Source: an uncultured Selenomonadales bacterium | Lineage (GTDB): Bacteria; Bacillota; Negativicutes; Selenomonadales; Selenomonadaceae | NCBI GenBank assembly: GCA_937877565.1 | Contig: CALFJB010000056.1 | Span: 11,151-75,150, forward strand | Length of the DNA: 64,000 nucleotides | Direction of reading: 5' to 3' | Part shown: positions 46,895-53,679 of the stretch, in pieces | Layout of the letters: each line of letters begins with the position of its first letter | Position numbering within the stretch: the stretch's first letter is position 1 | Made by a program: the position numbers and the translations under genes | The notes under the pieces: model-generated | What the model was told of the DNA's origin: nothing | What the model saw: the letters and a program-made list of their open reading frames with translations, nothing else | Database searches by the model: none

Positions 46895-47393
46895 TTGCCT
46901 CTACAAATTTTGCGCCTTCCATTTCTGATGCAAGCTCATTTAAATTATCTTCAATCTCATTTGCTAAGATTGAATTAATCTGCGCGACGCTTTTGCCTTC
47001 CAACTGCGGACTAAGTTTCGCCGCTATTCCGGTTAATTTGTTTCTGAAATTGACAAGCATTTCAGCCAAAACGCCTTCGACTTCCGCCGCCTCATACAAG
47101 TTGCCGCGTTCCTTTTCCAATTTCAATTCCGCCAATTCACGTTGCTTTTTAGTTAATAGCGCACGTTCCTTCCAATAGTTGATACTTTCCGCGCCGTCTT
47201 TTGCCGCCTGCTTACTCAAATAGTATTCGCGCAGGCTGTCTATCAAAAGTATTGCGCCGCTTTTTGAACCTTCGTCTTTCATTAAAACCTGTTCGTCAAT
47301 CAGCTGGCTCACTCGTTGCTGACTCACTCCGATTATCTGGGCAAATTGTGTTTGTGTTACCGTCCAGATTTTCGGGCTCCCTTGTAATTTCAT
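46803..47393 (-). CDS. terminase small subunit, Nu1-like
   Basis: N-terminal HTH TQTQFAQIIGVSQQRVSQLIDEQVL followed by coiled coil; immediately upstream of the large subunit (92-nt overlap). Confidence 0.6.
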   Translation of the reverse strand: MKLQGSPKIWTVTQTQFAQIIGVSQQRVSQLIDEQVLMKDEGSKSGAILLIDSLREYYLSKQAAKDGAESINYWKERALLTKKQRELAELKLEKERGNLYEAAEVEGVLAEMLVNFRNKLTGIAAKLSPQLEGKSVAQINSILANEIEDNLNELASEMEGAKFVEANENENDNGTEKYVGEKFTPGTANDSFRMGG

Positions 47394-47609
47394 TGCTACT
47401 CCTTGTATTTTTCACTTTTTCGACTATTTATTATAAAAAAACGTTCGCCGACTCCTCAAAATTACAAATACTAGTGTTTTAATTTTTTCGTGCCTGCAAA
47501 AAAATTGGACTTCCGCCGCGCTACCGGCTTTTTTTTCGTTCACAGGACCCATTATAAATCCTGCGCGACCAACTCATTAAAAAGGCGTATAAAATTTTAT
47601 TTGAAACAG

Positions 47610-47638
47610 TTGAAAATTCAACGAGTTTAGATTATGAT
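47610..47638 (+). promoter_or_regulatory. sigma-70 promoter of the plus-strand moron
   Basis: TTGAAA, 17 nt, TATGAT, 28 nt upstream of the ATG. Confidence 0.6.
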
Positions 47639-47665
47639 ATTCAAAACTTTTAAGGAGTGTTTCTA

Positions 47666-48643
47666 ATGGATAAAAAGAATTTGCCCGAATACGCTAATCT
47701 TGAGTCGATTAAGAAAGAATTTTCATTGCCGGAACTTGTTCAGCTTTCCCGTGAGGAAAATTTCGCCGAATGGCTTACTGTAAATCTTTACGCCGGTGAA
47801 GCTCAACAACTTTTGGACATCGTCGAAAATGACGGTACAGATGCCGAAATTGCCGCCGTCCTCTGCAAAATCTTCAAATATAAATTCGACGAATTGAGCG
47901 ACGCCGAAATTTCCCAAATTTCAGCTGTCATCAACCGCGCACGCGCCCGCGTCAATAATAAAGCGGTCGTCGTTGAAAATCAAGCCGACTTAGCGCACGC
48001 TATTTGGGCGACTACAAACGAAATTATTTGCCTCAATGGCGGCGAATTCAAAATTGCGATTGGCGTGCCGAACAAAACTTACAAGGGCTTTAATAACGCC
48101 GTCGTTGATATTTTCTTTGATAAGGATATTGACTTGGACGCTCAAAATATCACGCTTGAAAATCTTCAACTTTGCCTGCGTTCGCCCATCAACGTCAAAA
48201 TGGACAATTCCAAAAACGTTAAAGTTATCAACGCCTTTAAAACTATCCTCAACGAAAATATTTCATCAGAGGAAATTGCAGACGTTTTGCGTGGCAGGAG
48301 TCCTTTTGAATCCGCCGAACAATTCCGCGCACGCGCAGAAAATATCAAAGGTCTTGCCGTTGGTACCGTACTTTTGGAAGATAAAAATTACAAATTCGAC
48401 GAACAGACTTTCAAAATTGCGCCGGAGTGGAACTTTGATTTTATTTCAGTCCTGCGCGACTTCACCGCCAATAAGTCCTTCACTTTGAAAATTGCGCCCG
48501 CCGACGCTGAAAAACTCTACGCCAACGAACGCAAACTTCAAATTTTCGCCGATTTAACTTTTGCCGATAATAAATTGACTATCGCTAGCCTGTACCTTGA
48601 AACTCAAAGCGCAGGTAGAGTTTACCTTGAAAAGTGGAACTAA
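47666..48643 (+). CDS. hypothetical protein (moron, opposite strand to all other phage genes)
   Basis: 325 aa from ATG 47666 (AAGGAG 8 nt upstream); no family recognised. Confidence 0.7.
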   Translation: MDKKNLPEYANLESIKKEFSLPELVQLSREENFAEWLTVNLYAGEAQQLLDIVENDGTDAEIAAVLCKIFKYKFDELSDAEISQISAVINRARARVNNKAVVVENQADLAHAIWATTNEIICLNGGEFKIAIGVPNKTYKGFNNAVVDIFFDKDIDLDAQNITLENLQLCLRSPINVKMDNSKNVKVINAFKTILNENISSEEIADVLRGRSPFESAEQFRARAENIKGLAVGTVLLEDKNYKFDEQTFKIAPEWNFDFISVLRDFTANKSFTLKIAPADAEKLYANERKLQIFADLTFADNKLTIASLYLETQSAGRVYLEKWN

Positions 48644-49089
48644 TCTATATCTATTAAATGAAACCACGCCGCACATAACGCCGCGTAGTTTCTTATCTTT
48701 TCCAACGTTCGATAATACCCGTCTGAACTTATTCCTAGCCTCGCGCAGGTTTTTTTAAAATCTTCGCGGCTGTATCGACCGTGCATCACTTCAAAATATA
48801 TTTCCCCATTCCGGCGGCAATAGCTGCGCGTCTTGCCTATCACTTCCAGCCATTGTTCCGGATTCAGCAATTTCACATTGTCTATCACTACCGACTGTAC
48901 CGGCGTTAAATTCCTTATCGCCGTCATTGCAGTTGGGTCTGAAAGTTGGCTGTCGTTGCGTACTTCGCTTATCGCAGCCTTATTTTTTTTATGATACACT
49001 TCCTCCAGTATCAGTGGCTCGTTGTAAAAGACGTACTCTATCTTTCGTAAATAATTTGTACCGTTGATTCTTTGCATAACTTTTTCCAT
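48640..49089 (-). CDS. putative late-gene transcriptional activator (RinA/ArpU-like)
   Basis: ~150 aa located just before the packaging genes; SQLSDPTAMTAIRNL segment and C-terminal HTH-like region; family call from memory. Confidence 0.45.
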   Translation of the reverse strand: MEKVMQRINGTNYLRKIEYVFYNEPLILEEVYHKKNKAAISEVRNDSQLSDPTAMTAIRNLTPVQSVVIDNVKLLNPEQWLEVIGKTRSYCRRNGEIYFEVMHGRYSREDFKKTCARLGISSDGYYRTLEKIRNYAALCAAWFHLIDID

Positions 49090-49092
49090 ATA

Positions 49093-49120
49093 CCAAAAAA
49101 GCCGCATCACCGGCTGCGGC
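49093..49120 (-). terminator. intrinsic terminator immediately upstream of the late-activator ORF
   Basis: Minus strand reads GCCGCAGCCGGTGATGCGGC followed by T6. Confidence 0.6.
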
Positions 49121-49124
49121 TTCG

Positions 49125-49420
49125 TTGGTTTAACCCGTACAAAAATTTTATAAGGAGGTTTTACCGATTGCCTTAATGGACAACTACGATAACCCGTTAA
49201 AAGTTTAACCCGAAAGGGGGATTCTTAAATGGATAACCCGTTGTTAAATACTGAAAACCTAAAACTTGACTCAAAAAAAACGCCTAGAGAAAAAAAACAA
49301 GAGTAAAGAAAGTAACAAATTAGAAAGGTGTTAATAATTTGGTGTGATACAGAGAAATACCAAGAATAAAGAAAGTAACAAATTAGAAAGGGGGGTGTTA
49401 ACGTTTTGGTGTGATACCAA
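49125..49420. promoter_or_regulatory. phage regulatory spacer with iterated motifs
   Basis: TAACCCG at 49131, 49190, 49206, 49234. Direct repeats of about 50 bp at 49304-49350 and 49367-49417 (TAAAGAAAGTAACAAATTAGAAAGG...TGTTAA..TTTGGTGTGATAC). Confidence 0.7.
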
Positions 49421-49544
49421 TGATTGTAAGTGATTTATCTTGAAGTTGGTTTAAAACTGTAGATTTTCTACTGTAGAAATTATATCAAACTTTTCTGAAT
49501 TTGTCAGCAAAATAAGCAGAATATTTCTTTAAAATAATTTTTCT

Positions 49545-50513
49545 TTACCTGAACATAAAGTTTGTATTTGTTTCCTCCAACGCCGCTTTTTCGGCTTCGT
49601 ACTTCGCCTTCAACTCCTCGTACGTTTTGCCCTGCTCAAGTGCAAGTTTGTAACGTCCGTAACTTAACCCGCACTCCGACGCCTCCAACGCCATTAACTT
49701 TTGATGGTCGCGGTTGCCAAGTTTAAAGCGTTCAAGTTTGCTCATTGGCTCAATAGGTTTGGGATTCGCCGGGCTCCACTCCGATTCTCTGTTTTCAATT
49801 TCCTTGTAGTAATGAAACTTCGACTTTTTAGGTTTTACCGGCTTTTCAGTTTGAGCTGATGAAACGCCTGAAAGGTCTGCGTAACGTTTTTGACGACGCT
49901 TTATAATTTTTTGCTTGAGCCAATAACTTTTTCTACATTCCTCACTGCAAAATTTTTGCTGCCCGCCACCTTCCGCCATAAATTTTTTCCCGCAATTCAC
50001 GCAAATTTTTTCAACCGGCGGTTTTGGCTTATACGCAAATTTCTGATACCCAATGGCTTGACATTTATCGCTGCAGTAAAGGTGATGGTTTTTTTCCGGT
50101 ACAAATTCCTTTCCGCAAATTTCACATTTCCTTGAAAGTTTAGCCGGTTTACTTGTCGCCTTCGCGTAACATTGAACGTTTTTACATTTCTTGCTACAGT
50201 ACTTTTGATTTGGAATGACAGTTTCAAATTCCTCGCCGCAGATTGGACATTTCAATTTGCGCAATGTTCCTTTTACGCCGTTTTTCTTTTTTATATGTCT
50301 AGCCCTGTAATAACAAGTTCTGGAACAGTAAATTTTGCTCGGGTACGCGGTTTTAAATTCTGCGCCGCAAATTACGCACTTTCTCACGTACACCGGCGAA
50401 TTTTGGGTTTTTTTAGCTTTTTGAGCTTTTAGGTAACAAGAAAGCGAACAATATTTCTGGTCGCGTCTTCTTGCCTCATACTCCTTCCCGCAAATTTCAC
50501 ATTTCTTAATCAT
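49545..50513 (-). CDS. phage protein with five tandem zinc-ribbon repeats
   Basis: Five repeats of C.(I/N)CG(K/A/E)(E/K)F....(Q/H)KYCS..C, then a helical C-terminus. Confidence 0.65.
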   Translation of the reverse strand: MIKKCEICGKEYEARRRDQKYCSLSCYLKAQKAKKTQNSPVYVRKCVICGAEFKTAYPSKIYCSRTCYYRARHIKKKNGVKGTLRKLKCPICGEEFETVIPNQKYCSKKCKNVQCYAKATSKPAKLSRKCEICGKEFVPEKNHHLYCSDKCQAIGYQKFAYKPKPPVEKICVNCGKKFMAEGGGQQKFCSEECRKSYWLKQKIIKRRQKRYADLSGVSSAQTEKPVKPKKSKFHYYKEIENRESEWSPANPKPIEPMSKLERFKLGNRDHQKLMALEASECGLSYGRYKLALEQGKTYEELKAKYEAEKAALEETNTNFMFR

Positions 50514-50901
50514 TTACTACCGCCGCCTTAGTATACGCCTTTTTTCCGGCACTGCTCGGCACGCGCCACACTTTCAACTTTACAGGTTTCTTTTTCAAAT
50601 ACTCTACGACTTTGCTTTCATCGCCGCAGAAGTAGTCCACCCAACTTTGCCAAATTTTCCCTAAGTCTCCTGCAACTGCGTAAAAATGTTGGCGCGGATT
50701 CTCCTCAAACGTCAACGCCGGTAAATGCTTGCCTTTAATGTTTACCTGAAACGCGCCGTTTACCGTAACGCCTTCAGGGTACTTCGCTATTAAATCGTCG
50801 ATACTCAAATATTCGCCGTTGCCCACTGCCTCACGGGCGATCTTCGCTAAAATGTTCCCGCCCTCTACTGCTGTCGCCGCTGCTTTCGCCAATTCGTTCA
50901 T
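50506..50901 (-). CDS. hypothetical phage early protein (131 aa)
   Basis: ORF in the early operon; no family recognised. Confidence 0.5.
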   Translation of the reverse strand: MNELAKAAATAVEGGNILAKIAREAVGNGEYLSIDDLIAKYPEGVTVNGAFQVNIKGKHLPALTFEENPRQHFYAVAGDLGKIWQSWVDYFCGDESKVVEYLKKKPVKLKVWRVPSSAGKKAYTKAAVVND

Positions 50902-50911
50902 TTTTTCAACT

Positions 50912-50998
50912 CCTAAAATAAGGGCTAAGGTTTAAGGGTTAAGGGAAAAATCCATAATCCTTAGTCCCTAATCATTAATCCCTAATCCTTAATCCCTG
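50912..50998. repeat. heptamer hairpin array (CTAAGGT/TTAAGGG arm; TCCTTAG/TCCCTAA/TCATTAA/TCCTTAA arm)
   Basis: Read directly; overlaps the stop codon of the DnaC-like gene. Confidence 0.85.
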
Positions 50999-51909
50999 AT
51001 TAAGCGACGGTCTGAACCTTTCAGCGATGCAACTTTGCACATTTGCTTTAAACGGCTTGCGATTCTGTCGCCGGTCTTACCGTCCTTGCCTAAATTCATT
51101 CGCACCGCCAATTCATTCAACGTGTAATTCGACGTTATCAAAGTCTGCCTCTCGTTGTTGTAACGTTCATTTATCACAAGGTACAGTCGTTCTATCGCCC
51201 ACTCCGTCAAATTTTCAGTCCCAATATCATCCAGTATCAGCACGTCTACTTTTTCCAGCAATTCCATTTTACTTTCTATCGTATCTTCCGACCCTTTGGC
51301 GAAACTTGCACGCAGCTGATTTAAAAGTTTCGGTACGTCTATGAAAAGTAACGTCCTGCCCTGCTTGATATATTCCTGCGCGACCAACGCCACTAAAAAT
51401 GTTTTGCCCGTTCCGGGTTCCCCGTACAAAAACAGATTTAATGGATTGTCGATTATGTGACGCGCCCACTTTACCGCGCCTTCATTATTTTCATCTATTT
51501 TATAATCCTCGAACGTCTTGCCATTGTAACGAACAGGCACTTCCGCGCTTTTAAACTTTTTCATCAGCGCAGTTGCCAAACGCTGCTGCTTGCAATATTT
51601 GCATTCGCACCAACGCAATTTCAAACGATTGTCCTCAACTAAAACTTGATAACGAAAACCTACATTTGTTTCCTTCGCGCAGGGATAACCCGTGCAAGTC
51701 GCGCAGACTGCGCATTCACGCTCGGCGCGGCGTTCCTGACTCAAAAAGTACACGTCAATTCCAATACTCGTATCAGGATAAACTTTGCGCCACTTTTCGT
51801 AACCCGCTTCATTGAGCTTGTTGAGTTTCGCGGTATTCGCCGCCATCAATTCCTCAAAACCAATTTCCTTTAAATAAGTTTGAAAATCTACAATTTTAAG
51901 TTCTTCCAT
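50989..51909 (-). CDS. DnaC/IstB-like helicase loader ATPase
   Basis: Walker A GEPGTGKTFLV, Walker B VLILDDIG, ..ERYNNERQTLITSN; N-terminal Cys-rich segment. Confidence 0.8.
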   Translation of the reverse strand: MEELKIVDFQTYLKEIGFEELMAANTAKLNKLNEAGYEKWRKVYPDTSIGIDVYFLSQERRAERECAVCATCTGYPCAKETNVGFRYQVLVEDNRLKLRWCECKYCKQQRLATALMKKFKSAEVPVRYNGKTFEDYKIDENNEGAVKWARHIIDNPLNLFLYGEPGTGKTFLVALVAQEYIKQGRTLLFIDVPKLLNQLRASFAKGSEDTIESKMELLEKVDVLILDDIGTENLTEWAIERLYLVINERYNNERQTLITSNYTLNELAVRMNLGKDGKTGDRIASRLKQMCKVASLKGSDRRLIRD

Positions 51910-51910
51910 C

Positions 51911-52090
51911 TTATTCCTCTTCCTTCATCAATTCGTTTAACTTTTCGCGGACTTCTTCAAGCGTCTTGCAGTACGTTATGAAGTCCCCGCGTTTAGTGAA
52001 AAGCGCGTAACCTTCGCCCGTTATCGAATGCAATTTGTAACCGCCAAAACGCGCCTTGAGATACAATCTCTGCACCTCTTTATCTGCCAT
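51911..52090 (-). CDS. small hypothetical early protein (59 aa, below ORF-track cutoff)
   Basis: MADKEVQRLYLKARFGGYKLHSITGEGYALFTKRGDFITYCKTLEEVREKLNELMKEEE fills the gap; its stop abuts the next start. Confidence 0.45.
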   Translation of the reverse strand: MADKEVQRLYLKARFGGYKLHSITGEGYALFTKRGDFITYCKTLEEVREKLNELMKEEE

Positions 52091-52092
52091 AA

Positions 52093-52437
52093 CTACTCCT
52101 CCTTTTTATATTTTTCAATGAAGTACTTGTAAAATTCTTCCGCCAAATGGTACGCGGCGGTTTGAATGTATTCATCCAGCAAGTCGATAATCAAACGCTC
52201 CAAACTCACGCCGCGCACTACCGCCAAAATCGACAAATCGTTATACATTTCCTCCGGCAAGCTAATCTCAATTTGCTCCGTTGCGCCTTCGCCTTCGCTA
52301 ACTGCCTTTTCGGCAAGTTGGGTAACGTATTCTTCAACGCTCAATTTTTCGGCTTCCGCCATTTCCTCTAAACGCTCGTACTTTTCCGGCGTCATTTCAA
52401 TTTCCAACAACGCTGTATCTTCATCAAATTCAATCAT
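52093..52437 (-). CDS. acidic protein with two ribbon-helix-helix-like repeats
   Basis: Two copies of the pattern ..I.(M/L)(T/P)(P/E)E.Y..L...A......S.E..(V/I)...L. Confidence 0.5.
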   Translation of the reverse strand: MIEFDEDTALLEIEMTPEKYERLEEMAEAEKLSVEEYVTQLAEKAVSEGEGATEQIEISLPEEMYNDLSILAVVRGVSLERLIIDLLDEYIQTAAYHLAEEFYKYFIEKYKKEE

Positions 52438-52450
52438 TTTTTCCGCTCCT

Positions 52451-52786
52451 TTACTTTTTCGGAAAATCTATTTCGGTTGCGCCGTACCAGTCAGCCACGT
52501 AACTTTTTACCGCGTCTTCAATCAAACGCCCAACTTTCACTTTGCTTACCAACTCAATAATTTTTAAATCGTCGCACAGCTCCTCCGGCAATTCAACTTC
52601 AAGCGTCACCGTGTCGCCGTCCTCAAATTCGTTTTTAATTTCGCACCAATCTTCGGTATATTTTTTTACCGCGTCCTCAATCAAGCTTGCTACGTCAACT
52701 TCGCTTACCATCTCAATTACTTCCAAGTCGTCATACAGCACTTCCGGTAATGCTATCGTGACGCTTACCACTTTTGTATCTGCCAT
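52451..52786 (-). CDS. acidic protein with two ribbon-helix-helix-like repeats
   Basis: Internal duplication: V.(I/V).LPE(V/E)L(Y/C)DDL..IE.VS.V.V..LIEDAVK.Y..DW occurs twice. Confidence 0.55.
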   Translation of the reverse strand: MADTKVVSVTIALPEVLYDDLEVIEMVSEVDVASLIEDAVKKYTEDWCEIKNEFEDGDTVTLEVELPEELCDDLKIIELVSKVKVGRLIEDAVKSYVADWYGATEIDFPKK

Positions 52787-52798
52787 TTCTTTCTCTCC

Positions 52799-53578
52799 TT
52801 ATTCCGGCAATTCGTCATCGCCGCCGTAATTGTCGGCAACTTTTTTCACTTTCTGCCCAACGTTGGACAGCACTTTCTCTAAAAGCGGCAATGTCAACGC
52901 GCCTTTTTTGTCGTAACGACCTGCCGCTTCTATCGCCTTCAAAAGTTTTTCCGTCCCGTAAGTGTTTTCAAGTTCAATCAGTGTCAACGCTACGCCGCCG
53001 CTGTACGGTACGCCATTCCATTTCCGCCACATTTCAACGACTGCCGCACTGTTCGTACTTTTGGGCGCATCTTTGACCTCCGCGCGTAGATTTTTTTCCG
53101 GCTCGTCGCCTTCAAAAACCGCCTCGCGCGCGCCCGCTGCAGTAGGAGGAGGAGGAGGAGCTGTCTCCTTCTCCTCTCTCTCTCCGTCTTTATTTTTTTT
53201 AATATTTAATAAGCCCAGGAAATTTTCAACACTTTTTCGCCCAATTTCGGTTTTTCTTTCAAAACTTTTCTCCTCATTTGGGTTTAAAAAAAAGCGGTTT
53301 TTACCGTTCCCTAAGTTATTTTCTGTAAGTTTATAGACGCGCTTTTTACTTTGAATCGCTCCCGCGTTCAGCAGAGCGTTACGCGCGCTATCGAATGATG
53401 CACTGGATTTGATACCGCTCAGGTGTTGCAAGTACTCGTTTGACAGTTTCAATTCCGCCGGATACCTCGCCTCGTTGAATTCGCCCAATATTGCAAAATA
53501 CAAACTGCGGGCATTCGCGCTTAAATTCTCACGTCTGCTCAAGCCCTGAAACCAATTATAGTGGTCTATCAGTGTCAT
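52799..53578 (-). CDS. replisome organiser, DnaD-like
   Basis: N-terminal winged-helix-like region plus a C-terminal DnaD/DnaB-2-like segment; it is the first early gene, followed downstream by the DnaC-like loader at 50989-51909. Confidence 0.5.
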   Translation of the reverse strand: MTLIDHYNWFQGLSRRENLSANARSLYFAILGEFNEARYPAELKLSNEYLQHLSGIKSSASFDSARNALLNAGAIQSKKRVYKLTENNLGNGKNRFFLNPNEEKSFERKTEIGRKSVENFLGLLNIKKNKDGEREEKETAPPPPPTAAGAREAVFEGDEPEKNLRAEVKDAPKSTNSAAVVEMWRKWNGVPYSGGVALTLIELENTYGTEKLLKAIEAAGRYDKKGALTLPLLEKVLSNVGQKVKKVADNYGGDDELPE

Positions 53579-53679
53579 TCCCTACACCTCTATTCCTTTT
53601 TCAATGATCCGTTTTTAAGTTGCCTTTTTTCGCCCCTTAGGTGTATAATACAGTATCTTTTTTACGAAAGGGGCTTTTT

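Larger units (their letters stand above)
26350..53640 (-). mobile_element. prophage-like element: lambda-order head/neck module, sheath gene, atypical distal module, DnaD/DnaC-type replication module
   Basis: Contiguous block of phage structural, packaging and replication genes; boundaries are approximate (first and last phage-like ORFs plus flanking promoter and terminator). Confidence 0.85.

Noticed and set aside
26350-53640. Prophage-wide G depletion of the plus strand as evidence of strand-specific hypermutation
   Set aside because: Hand counts show only moderate skew: about 2:1 C:G in the large terminase gene and somewhat stronger (about 2-3:1) in the 392-aa gene. Composition is balanced elsewhere (for example 33001-33060: G 14, C 12). 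This is consistent with purine-rich coding strands of minus-strand genes, so only telA is reported as an outlier.
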